Source: Eledone cirrhosa (taxonomy: Eukaryota). From it: a stretch of DNA of 64,000 nucleotides. Below the pieces are notes generated by a model, which worked only from the letters and a program-made list of their open reading frames with translations, did no database searches and was not told the DNA's origin. This document shows, in pieces, positions 11,250-22,900 of this stretch (the stretch's first letter is position 1; every line of letters begins with the position of its first letter). The stretch covers positions 210,986,001 through 211,050,000 of the forward strand of contig OZ024743.1 in NCBI GenBank assembly GCA_964016885.1, given 5' to 3'. The position numbers and the translations under genes are program-made.

Positions 11250-11625
11250 GGTAGTACTATATAGTTAGAAGTTACATAGTACTATATAGTTAAAAGATAT
11301 ATAGTATTATATAGTTATAAAATATATAGTATTATATAGTTAGAAGGTATATAGTACTGTATACTGTAGTTAGAAGGTATATAGTACTATATACTGTAGT
11401 TAGAAGGTATATAGTACTATATAGTTAGAAGATATATGGTACTGAATAGTTAGAAGATATATGGTACTGTAAAGTTAGAAGATATATAGTACTCTATAGT
11501 TAGAAGATATATAGTGCTGTATAGTTAACAGGTTTATAGTAATGTATAGAAGGTCTATAGTACTGTATAGTTAGAAGGTCTATAGTACTGTATAATTAGA
11601 AGGTGTATAGTACTTCTATATAGTT
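11250..11625. repeat. AT-rich minisatellite, about 21-bp unit
   Basis: Repeated tagtactatatagttagaagatata variants. Confidence 0.9.
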
Positions 11626-11871
11626 AAACAATGAAAGCAGTATGAGTGAAAGTAATAAACAGGGAAGGAAGGGGAAAGAAAGATGTTATTTAAAAGATGT
11701 TATTTCTTAGATGATAAATGATATTTCAGATCAGAAATTGTTATAACAAAATCTGGAAACATTATACATGCAAATCCTGTCACTATAGAGGCTATATTAA
11801 CAGACATTTCAACCTTATCTCAGTAATTGTTGAGGTGGAAAGTGTGCCAACTTCTCACTGATCACACTTGC

Positions 11872-11875
<4 letters not shown>

Positions 11876-11911
<36 letters not shown>
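11876..11911. repeat. (AT)n microsatellite
   Basis: Pure AT dinucleotide run. Confidence 0.95.
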
Positions 11912-11916
<5 letters not shown>

Positions 11917-14089
11917 GAATGAAAAACTGAAGGTCAAAAGCTATGATCTTGATAAAGGAAAATGTTTACATAGTTAAAGTAAAAATTAATCCAAGTATTA
12001 ATTAAAACATTCTTGTAGAAGCAAAATCCAATTCTGAAGCCAAATAAATAGGCAAGATTATTTGGTGAGAATAAATAAGAATGTAATAGGTATGTCATAA
12101 GATACAGAAAATAGTTGAATCAAAATGAAGTCAAGAAATTGCACGATTTTGGCAAATAAGAACAACAAATCTATGACCAATTGGAAATGATTTTGTAGTG
12201 AAATCTCTTTGCACATACTGCTCCTTAAATGACATCTGGCTGCTATTTCTCTTTATCTCAGATTGGCATCAGTGGTCTGGAGAGGCTGGCCAATTTGAGG
12301 TTAAATGAGATAAGTTTTTCTTCATGCCATTCTACTCTGGTTCCTCGGAAGAGAAAGATCACTTTGAGTACTCAAGCAAGTAGTGAGATGTAGCACTTAG
12401 CAAAAAATTCCAGCCCTTTCGACAGCAATTCTTCCCTTAGCACTTCAACTACACTCAATCATCTGCCTCTTCATAAAGACAACACAGCTTCCTTGCCACT
12501 GCGAGTTTGCTACTACCTATGCTGGCATATACTGTCTGACTACAACTTTTCGTATTTTAATCAACATGGCATATTAAACACAGAAACTCCAGCACAACAC
12601 AACACATTCACATTCATTTGTGAATGCTACAATCAAACTTTATATTTATGATTCAAAGTAATCATATTTTTTTCCTTTTTGCTGAAGTGAAGTAAAATTA
12701 TAAATTGAACCAAAATTATTATCTTCTTCCACAATAACCAAAAACTTCACTTTAATTTAACTTATGACATATAAGGACAGGTTTAAATGTTTTTTATATC
12801 AACCCACCGAAAACTGTTTTTGGTTCTATGAAACAAAACCACTTATTTTAAGGGGTTGTTACTATTTAAATTAAAATTTCCCGACAATTTGATATAAGAA
12901 ATTTTTGCTAAATTAGGTTACAAATACCATCTTAGTAATGAAATGATTAATAATTTTAGTAAATCCCACCAAATGTTTCATTAATTAATTGAAATAGAGT
13001 GTATTTAATTAAAAATATGACAATGACAAATTAAAGCAGACAGTGAAATTGATAAAAGATGAGATAGAAGTCATTGAGATATAACAGACAAACAGGAGAC
13101 AGAGAAATAAACAGATAGTAAGAATAACAGATAAAAAGATATGCAATGTTGCTGGCAACTGGTTTAACTATAAAAAAACAAAAATACTATCATACATTTG
13201 GAAAAAAAAAAGAAATGAATAGACAAGGCAATTATGATACAAAAAAAATCATGGTGAAAAACTTTAAATTTTATAACCAGATATAGATTTTCTGACACCA
13301 CATCTTATTGAGGTAGGGTGAGGATATCTGACCTAAAACAAACAATTATATTTTATTTTCTGTTGGTTTTAAACTAAACACCTACAGATGGTGAAAAAAT
13401 AGAAATTGCTTATAGATAAATAGATAATTTAGCAATTCATATCCATAGAGCTTTGATAAGAGGAAATTCAGCAAATAACTTGAAAGTTTCATTTATCTAT
13501 TAACATTTTATTTTTGTTCTATACATCTTGAATTTCTTTAACAGAATTATTCAGAGAATGCATAGTTAATTCACCCTCATTTCTACATCATCATATTAAC
13601 TCTTTCATACCAAACTGTCTGAAACTATCTCTTGTTTTAAAATACCTTAAAACGCAGTGAGTGGAGAGATGCTATGCTGAAAAGAACCCATCCAACCCAT
13701 GAAAGCATGGAAAAACAGACGTAAAAATGATGATGATGTATTTCATTAGAAATGTGCAGATGAAAAGGTTAAACTGATAGATGAAAATCATTATTATTAT
13801 TTATATAACAGAGTTTGTTGAAGCTTTCCTTTACATATGATTTTAGTCCACTACTAACTTTCTAAAAACAGTCTGGTCTGTCATAAGCCTTGAGGCTCAT
13901 CAGGCTGGTGCTTATCCTGGTTTCTGTGATGTTAAGTCACTGAGAGTTCAAGACTTCCTCCAGGACATGACGCCTGTCCATCACAGGGTTAAACTCCCAG
14001 CTTACGGGGTCGATAAAATAAAGTACCAGTAATGTACTGGGTAATTTCTGGCCTTGTGCCAATAGTAGAAACAATTATTTATATTATTG

Positions 14090-14300
14090 GTGAATTGGGT
14101 GGTGAATTGGCAGTATTGGTAGAGGGTCAGACGCCATGCTTTCTAGCATAGTTATGTCCCTTTATGATCTGAGTTCAAATCTCACCGAGGTTAAATTTGC
14201 CTTTCATCCTTACGGGGTCGATAAAATAAAGTACCAGTAATGTACTGGGTAATTGCTGGCCTTGTGCCAAAAGTAGAAACAATTATTATTTATATTATTA
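14090..14300 (+). mobile_element. tRNA-derived SINE
   Basis: B-box gagttcaaatc, body gcctttcatccttacggggtcgataaaataaagtaccag and an (ATT)n tail. An inverted homolog lies at 10575-10745. Confidence 0.8.
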
Positions 14301-14600
14301 TTAACCTTATTTTTATTGTGTTGTTACTGCCAATCCACTGCCCTAATACAAAATAATTACCCCTACCATCTTGAAAAGGGAGAGCCATTTTGAAAAATGT
14401 AATCCTATATATGCAATACATGAGAAAAAGACAGCCTGGCCATGACTGATATGCCTGGTTTCATACATCTTCCTAGTCAAGAAATCTTACAAATTTTGCC
14501 AACTATTTTTCTACACATTCAATATGGTGATGGTAGCTAAAAGGTAGAACAGTGTTAATCATATAGAGGATTAAAATGCACAGGCAAAGTTAGTAGTGGA

Positions 14601-14888
14601 GTATTATGGCATAGTGGTGAGAGTGTTGGACTTACAATCATAATGTTGTGGGTTCGATTTCTGGATTGAGTTGTGTGTTGTGTTCTTGAGCAAAACATTC
14701 CATTTCACATTGCTCCAGTATACTCAGTTGAAAATGAGCCTAGCAATAGCTGGGAGTTTAACCCTGTGATGGACAGGCGTCATGTCCTGGAGGAAGTCTT
14801 GAACTCTCAGTGACTTAACATCACAGAAACCAGGATAAGCACCAGCCTGATGAGCCTCAAGGCTTATGACAGACCAGACTGTTTTTAG
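14601..14888 (+). mobile_element. tRNA-derived SINE with a 15-bp target-site duplication
   Basis: A-box tggcatagtgg and B-box ggttcgattt. It is flanked by the direct repeat aaagttagtagtgga at 14586-14600 and 14889-14903. Confidence 0.85.
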
Positions 14889-15844
14889 AAAGTTAGTAGT
14901 GGACTAAAATCATATGTAAAGGAAAGCTTCAACAAACTCTGTTATATTGAAGATTTAATCAGTTATGTACAAAAATATGAACCAACAAAATCAGAAGCAT
15001 TGCTGGAAGATGTTTAGAGAATTTGAATCCATCTTAAAAAATTAAATGTTTGTTAAAAGAAAAAAAGTATGTGATATGAATTCATTGAACTATTAAGATA
15101 GACAATTTACAAAATTTGGAGGGAAAATTATATAGCAACTAAGTGAATATTAGTAAGCATGAATAAGAATGACAATGAGGTATACCTGACTCTATGTCAT
15201 TAATTGGTTCCAAAAGTCAAGTCTTAAGTTGAAAAACAAATGTCAAATAAAAGCCCCCCATGAACGACTAATAGGTATACCCTACATTACTTTATGTTGT
15301 ATATTTTAGCATTTATTTAAATGTAATTTCATATGTTATTGTTTTTTTGTTTTGTTTTTTTTTGTTTTTTTATGGTTTAATATTTTTGGCAGACCAATAT
15401 AAAGTTGAGTCAATTGATATAACAAAGTTATTTTTGCCATATAATATTAAGGAAAACTGCTGTAACTTCGAAAATGACAAAACTTGAAATGATGTAAGCT
15501 GAGGTGAATCTATATAAAGAACTTAGGTGAAATGGTGTAAGCTGAGGTGAATCTGTATAAAGAAGTTGAAAGAGCAGCTGAATAACTATACTTTCCAATA
15601 CTTGCATGAGAGAGAACTTATTGAGCTATGTAGCAGGAATAAATGATGGATTTGGGGAGAAAGAAAACTAAAACTTTGTAGTGGAAGATACACGATTTAA
15701 AGGTAAAGTAACTTGCCATAAAATTGTTAAATTAGGGGCATTAAGATTTTAGATAAGACTGTAATATCAAGATTTCCAGTAAAGGTACAGTATTGAAAAG
15801 CAAACATCAAGAATAATGATTATCATTGTGAACAGCAAAGCATA

Positions 15845-16000
15845 AACAAATTGAGAGAGAGACTATGCATAAGAGGAATCAAATGATGTGTGCAGGAGAG
15901 GAGATTATGTTGGTATGGACATGTGATGCGTAGGAAGGATGACAGCTGCATAAAAAGGTGCAGAGCACTAAAAATCGATGGAAGCCTGGGATGAGGTGAT
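15845..16000 (+). mobile_element. RTE-like LINE 3' remnant
   Basis: agattatgttggtatggacatgtgatgcgtagg translates to RLCWYGHVMRR, the RTE L-x-W-x-GH-x-x-R motif. Confidence 0.7.
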
Positions 16001-16279
16001 AAAAGCTGACTTTGCCCAATTGCACCTCTTACAGGTGATGACACAGGACTGTGACACCTTGCATTATGCAGTAATACAGCAAACCCGACTTCCCACGGGT
16101 ACAAACCGAAACTGAAGCATATAGACAGAATGCCCCTACCCCTCCCACTGTAAAGTGGTCATGTAGGTCTCACGACAAAAAGCACCCAATCCATACTGTA
16201 AAACAGTTGTGTAGGCACCACAGTAAAAAAGCACCTAGTACTCACTGTAAATGAGGTTGGTGTTAAGAAGGGCATCCAA

Positions 16280-16381
16280 TTTTTGGAATTGCTGTCACCA
16301 CTGTTAATTATCCTGATGACTGTATTTTTGGAATCCCTGTCTCCACTGCTAATTACCCTGCTCACTGTATTTTTGGAATCC
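16280..16381 (-). repeat. About 2.2 inverted, diverged monomers of the 45-bp satellite
   Basis: ttttggaatccctgtctccactgctaattaccctgctcactgtatttttggaatcc is the reverse complement of the array monomer. An adjacent unit is more diverged. Confidence 0.9.
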
Positions 16382-16419
16382 ATGCTAGCGTGGAAGAATA
16401 GATATAAAATGGTGATGAT

Positions 16420-16780
16420 GATAATCATCATCATCATTCGTTTTACGTCCTTTTTTTAATGTTTGCATGGGTTGAATGTGTCTTCTCCAACTCAGCCTAC
16501 CCCCACTTGTGTTCGTTATTCATCTCCTCTGTGAGATTTGGCATTTTGAGATCGGTTCTAACCACATTTGCTTAGATTTCCCTCAGTCTTCCTCTACTAC
16601 AGCTTCCTTCCACTGGCAACTGCAGGCACTTTTTCACCCAATGATCATTCTCTATACACATCACATGTCTACACCATTGCAGCCTTCTATTGTGCACACT
16701 ATATCTGATTTCTCTTACACTCATTTCTTTTTTTTTTTTCAGTTAATGTCTACCACATTGTTCATGCAACATTACACATC
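16420..16780 (-). mobile_element. RTE-like LINE 3' remnant
   Basis: catcatcat tail plus atgtttgcatgggttgaatg and downstream similarity to 7405-7665. Confidence 0.55.
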
Positions 16781-16944
16781 CAATATAGAGTGGTGGATAT
16801 TGAAGACAGATTTGGCAGGATCAACTCTGAGAGAGAAGTAAAAATTTGTATATAAAAGATACACAGGAATAGTTAACAACAGCAGCACTTGTGAAACAAA
16901 TTCTTTCAAATACTCAGAAGGATTTCTCCAAGTACTTGATAGTT

Positions 16945-19900
16945 TAATTAGCAGTGGAGTTAGGCATTCCAAGAATACAGTGACCAGGGTAATTAGCAGT
17001 GGAGTCAGGCATTCCAAGAATACAGTGACCAGGGTAATTAGCAGTGGAGTCAGGGATTCCAAGAATACAGTGACCAGGGTAATTAGCAGTGGAGTCAGGC
17101 ATTCCAAGAATACAGTGACCAGGGTAATTAGCAGTGGACTCAGGGATTCCAAGAATACAGTGAGCAGGGTAATTAGCAGTGGAGTCAGGGATTCCAAGAA
17201 TACAGTGAGCAGGGTAATTAGCAGTGGAGTCAGGGATTCCAAGAATACAGTGACCAGGGTAATTAGCAGTGGAGTCAGGGATTCCAAAAATACAGTGAGC
17301 AGGGTAATTAGCAGTGGAGTCAGGGATTCCAAGAATACAGTGAGCAGGGTAATTAGCAGTGGAGTCAGGGATTCCAAGAATACAGTGACCAGGGTAATTA
17401 GCAGTGGAGTCAGGGATTCCAAAAATACAGTGAGCAGGGTAATTAGCAGTGGAGTCAGGGATTCCAAAAATACAGTGACCAGGGTAATTAGCAGTGGAGT
17501 CAGGGATTCCAAGAATACAGTGACCAGGGTAATTAGCAGTGGAGTCAGGGATTCCAAGAATACAGTGACCAGGGTAATTAGCAGTGGAGTCAGGGATTCC
17601 AAGAATACAGTGACCAGGGTAATTAGCAGTGGAGTCAGGGATTCCAAGAATACAGTGACCAGGGTAATTAGCAGTGGAGTCAGGGATTCCAAAAATACAG
17701 TGAGCAGGGTAATGAGCAGTGGAGTCAGGGATTCCAAAAATACAGTGAGCAGGGTAATTAGCAGTGGAGTCAGGGATTCCAAGAATACAGTGACCAGGGT
17801 AATTAGCAGTGGAGTCAGGGATTCCAAGAATACAGTGACCAGGGTAATTAGCAGTGGAGTCAGGGATTCCAAGAATACAGTGACCAGGGTAATTAGCAGT
17901 GGAGTCAGGGATTCCAAAAATACAGTGACCAGGGTAATTAGCAGTGGAGTCAGGGATTCCAAGAATACAGTGACCAGGGTAATTAGCAGTGGAGTCAGGG
18001 ATTCCAAGAATACAGTGACCAGGGTAATTAGCAGTGGAGTCAGGGATTCCAAGAATACAGTGACCAGGGTAATTAGCAGTGGAGTCAGGGATTCCAAGAA
18101 TACAGTGAGCAGGGTAATTAGCAGTGGAGTCAGAGATTCCAAGAATACAGTGAGCAGGGTAATTAGCATTGGAGACAGGGATTCCAAGAATACAGTGACC
18201 AGGGTAATTAGCAGTGGAGTCAGGGATTCAAGAATACAGTGACCAGGGTAATTAGCAGTGGAGTCAGAGATTCCAAGAATACAGTGACCAGGGTAATTAG
18301 CAGTGGAGACAGGGATTCCAAGAATACAGTGACCAGGGTAATTAGCAGTGTAGTCAGGGATTCCAAGAATACAGTGACCAGGTTAATTAGCAGTGGAGTC
18401 AGGGATTCCAAGAATACAGTGACCAGGGTAATTAGCAGTGGAGTCAGGGATTCCAAGAATACAATGAGCAGGGTAATTAGCAGTGGAGTCAGGGATTCCA
18501 AAAATACAATGAGCAGGGTAATTAGCAGTGGAGTCAGGGATTCCAAGAATACAGTGACCAGGGTAATTAGCAGTGGAGTCAGGGATTCCAAGAATACAAT
18601 GAGCAGGGTAATTAGCAGTGGAGACAGGGATTCCAAGAATACAATGAGCAGGGTAATTAGCAGTGGAGTCAGAGATTCCAAGAATACAGTGACCAGGGTA
18701 ATTAGCAGTGGAGTCAGGGATTCCAAGAATACAGTGACCAGGGTAATTAGCAGTGGAGTCAGGGATTCCAAGAATACAGTGACCAGGGTAATTAGCAGTG
18801 GAGTCAGGGATTCCAAGAATACAGTGAGCAAGGTAATTAGCAGTGGAGTCAGGGATTCCAAGAATACAGTGACCAGGGTAATTAGCAGTGGAGTCAGGGA
18901 TTCCAAGAATACAGTGACCAGGGTAATTAGCAGTGGAGTCAGGGATTCCAAGAATACAGTGACCAGGGTAATTAGCAGTGGAGTCAGGGATTCCAAGAAT
19001 ACAGTGACCAGGGTAATTAGCAGTGGAGTCAGGGATTCCAAAAATACAGTGACCAGGGTAATTAGCAGTGGAGTCAGAGATTCCAAGAATACAGTGACCA
19101 GGGTAATTAGCAGTGGAGTCAGGGATTCCAAGAATACAGTGAGCAGGGTAATTAGCAGTGGAGTCAGGGATTCCAAGAATACAGTGACCATGGTAATTAG
19201 CAGTGGAGTCAGGGATTCCAAGAATACAGTGACCAGGGTAATTAGCAGTGGAGTCAGGGATTCCAAAAATACAGTGAGCAGGGTAACTAGCAGTGGAGTC
19301 AGGGATTCCAAGAATACAGTGACCAGGGTAATTAGCAGTGGAGTCAGGGATTCCAAGAATACAGTGACCAGGGTAATTAGCAGTGGAGTCAGGGATTCCA
19401 AAAATACAGTGACCAGGGTAATTAGCAGTGGAGTCAGAGATTCCAAGAATACAGTGACCAGGGTAATTAGCAGTGGAGTCAGGGATTCCAAGAATACAGT
19501 GAGCAGGGTAATTAGCAGTGGAGTCAGGGATTCCAAGAATACAGTGACCAGGGTAATTAGCAGTGGAGTCAGGGATTCCAAGAATACAGTGACCAGGGTA
19601 ATTAGCAGTGGAGTCAGGGATTCCAAAAATACAGTGAGCAGGGTAACTAGCAGTGGAGTCAGGGATTCCAAGAATACAGTGACCAGGGTAATTAGCAGTG
19701 GAGTCAGGGATTCCAAGAATACAGTGACCAGGGTCATTAGCAGTGGAGTCAGGGATTCCAAGAATACAGTGACCAGGGTAATTAGCAGTGGAGTCAGGGA
19801 TTCCAAGAAAACAGTGACCAGGGTAATTAGCAGTGGAGTCAGGGATTCCAAGAATACAGTGACCAGGGTAATTAGCAGTGGAGTCAGGGATTCCAAGAAT

Positions 19901-22900
19901 ACAGTGACCAGGGTAATTAGCAGTGGAGTCAGGGATTCCAAAAATACAGTGACCAGGGTAATTAGCAGTGGAGTCAGGGATTCCAAGAAGACAGTGACCA
20001 GGGTAATTAGCAGTGGAGTCAGGGATTCCAAGAATACAGTGACCAGGGTAATTAGCAGTGGAGTCAGAGATTCCAAGAATACAGTGAGCAAGGTAATTAG
20101 CAGTGGAGTCAGGGATTCCAAGAATACAGTGACCGGGGTAATTAGCAGTGGAGTCAGGGATTCCAAGAATACAGTGACCAGGGTAATTAGCAGTGGAGTC
20201 AGGGATTCCAAGAATACAGTGACCAGGGTAATTAGCAGTGGAGTCAGGGATTCCAAGAATACAGTGACCAGGGTAATTATCAGTGGAGTCAGGGATTCCA
20301 AAAATACAATGAGCAGGGTAATTAGCAGTGGAGTCAGGGATTCCAAGAATACAGTGACCAGGGTAATTAGCAGTGGAGTCAGGGATTCCAAGAATACAGT
20401 GACCAGGGTAATTAGCAGTGGAGTCAGGGATTCCAAAAATACAGTGACCAGGGTAATTAGCAGTGGAGTCAGGGATTCCAAGAATACAGTGAGCAGGGTA
20501 ATTAGCAGTGGAGTCAGGGATTCCAAGAATACAGTGACCAGGGTAATTAGCAGTGGAGTCAGGGATTCCAAAAATACAATGAGCAAGGTAATTAGCAGTG
20601 GAGTCAGGGATTCCAAGAATACAGTGACCAGGGTAATTAGCAGTGGAGTCAGGGATTCCAAGAATACAGTGACCAGGGTAATTAGCAGTGGAGTCAGGGA
20701 TTCCAAAAATACAGTGAGCAGGGTAATTAGCAGTGGAGTCAGGGATTCCAAAAATACAGTGACCAGGGTAATTAGCAGTGGAGTCAGGGATTCCAAGAAT
20801 ACAGTGACCAGGGTAATTAGCAGTGGAGTCAGGGATTCCAAGAATTCAGTGACCAGGGTAATTAGCAGTGGAGTCAGGGATTCCAAGAATACAGTGACCA
20901 GGGTAATTAGCAGTGGAGTCAGGGATTCCAAGAATACAGTGACCAGGGTAATTAGCAGTGGAGTCAGGGATTCCAAGAATACAGTGACAAGGGTAATTAG
21001 CAGTGGAGTCAGGGATTCCAAGAATACAGTGACCAGGGTAATTAGCAGTGGAGTCAGGGATTCCAAAAATACAGTGAGCAGGGTAATTAGCAGTGGAGTC
21101 AGGGATTCCAAGAATACAGTGACCAGGGTAATTAGCAGTGAAGTCAGGGATTCCAAGAATATAGTGACCAGGGTAATTAGCAGTGGAGTCAGGGATTCCA
21201 AGAATACAGTGACCAGGGTAATTAGCAGTGGAGTCAGGGATTCCAAGAATACAGTGACCAGGGTAATTAGCAGTGGAGTCAGGGATTCCAAGAATACAGT
21301 GACCAGGGTAATTAGCAGTGGAGTCAGGGATTCCAACAATACAGTGACCAGGGTAATTAGCAGGGGAGTCAGGGATTCCAAGAATACAGTGAGCAGGGTA
21401 ATTAGCAGTGGAGTCAGAGATTCCAAGAATACAGTGAGCAGGGTAATTAGCATTGGAGACAGGGATTCCAAGAATACAGTGACCAGGGTAATTAGCAGTG
21501 GAGTCAGGGATTCCAAGAATACAATGACCAGGGTAATTAGCAGTGGAGTCAGAGATTCCAAGAATACAGTGACCAGGGTAATTAGCAGTGGAGACAGGGA
21601 TTCCAAGAATACAGTGACCAGGGTAATTAACAGTGGAGTCAGGGATTCCAAGAATACAGTGACCAGGGTAATTAGCAGTGGAGTCAGGGATTCCAAGAAT
21701 ACAGTGACCAGGGTAATTAGCAGTGGAGTCAGAGATTCCAAGAATACAGTGAGCAAGGTAATTAGCAGTGGAGTCAGGGATTCCAAGAATACAGTGACCA
21801 GGGTAATTAGCAGTGGAGTCAGGGATTCCAAGAATACAGTGACCAGGGTAATTAGCAGTGGAGACAGAGATTCCAAAAATACAGTGAGCAGGGTAATTAG
21901 CAGTGGAGTCAGGGATTCCAAGAATACAGTGACCAGGGTAATTAGCAGTGGAGTCAGGGATTCCAAGAATACAGTGACCAGGGTAATTAGCAGTGGAGTC
22001 AGGGATTCCAAGAATACAGTGACCAGGGTAATTAGCAGTGGAGTCAGGGATTCCAAGAATACAGTGACCAGGGTAATTAGCAGTGGAGACAGAGATTCCA
22101 AAAATACAGTGAGCAGGGTAATTAGCAGTGGAGTCAGAGATTCCAAGAATACAGTGAGCAAGGTAATTAGCAGTGGAGTCAGGGATTCCAAGAATACAAT
22201 GAGCAGGGTAATTAGCAGTGGAGTCAGGGATTCCAAGAATACAGTGAGCAGGGTAATTAGCAGTGGAGTCAGGGATTCCAAGAATACAATGAGCAGGGTA
22301 ATTAGCAGTGGAGTCAGGGATTCCAAGAATACAGTGACCAGGGTAATTAGCAGTGGAGTCAGGGATTCCAAGAATACAGTGACCAGGGTAATTAGCAGTG
22401 GAGTCAGGGATTCCAAGAATACAATGAGCAGGGTAATTAGCAGTGGAGTCAGGGATTCCAAGAATACAGTGACCAGGGTAATTAGCAGTGGAGTCAGGGA
22501 TTCCAAGAATACAGTGAGCAGGGTAATTAGCAGTGGAGACAGGGATTCCAAGAATACAGTGACCAGGGTAATTAGCAGTGGAGTCAGGGATTCCAAGAAT
22601 ACAGTGACCAGGGTAATTAGCAGTGGAGTCAGGGATTCCAAAAATACAATGAGCAGGGTAATTAGCAGTGGAGTCAGGGATTCCAAAAATACAATGAGCA
22701 GGGTAATTAGCAGTGGAGTCAGGGATTCCAAGAATACAGTGACCAGGGTAATTAGCAGTGGAGTCAGGGATTCCAAGAATACAGTGACCAGGGTAATTAG
22801 CAGTGGAGTCAGGGATTCCTAGAATACAGTGACCAGGGTAATTAGCAGTGGAGTCAGGGATTCCAAGAATACAGTGAGCAAGGTAATTAGCAGTGGAGTC

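Larger units (their letters stand above)
13803..14947. repeat. 200-bp inverted repeat (arms 13803-14002 and 14748-14947)
   Basis: By eye the arms are exact reverse complements (atataacagagtttg...aaactcccagct and agctgggagttt...caaactctgttatat), with a 745-bp spacer. Confidence 0.95.

Noticed and set aside
14601-14670. tRNA gene
   Set aside because: It has A/B boxes but no full cloverleaf. It is the head of a SINE flanked by a target-site duplication.
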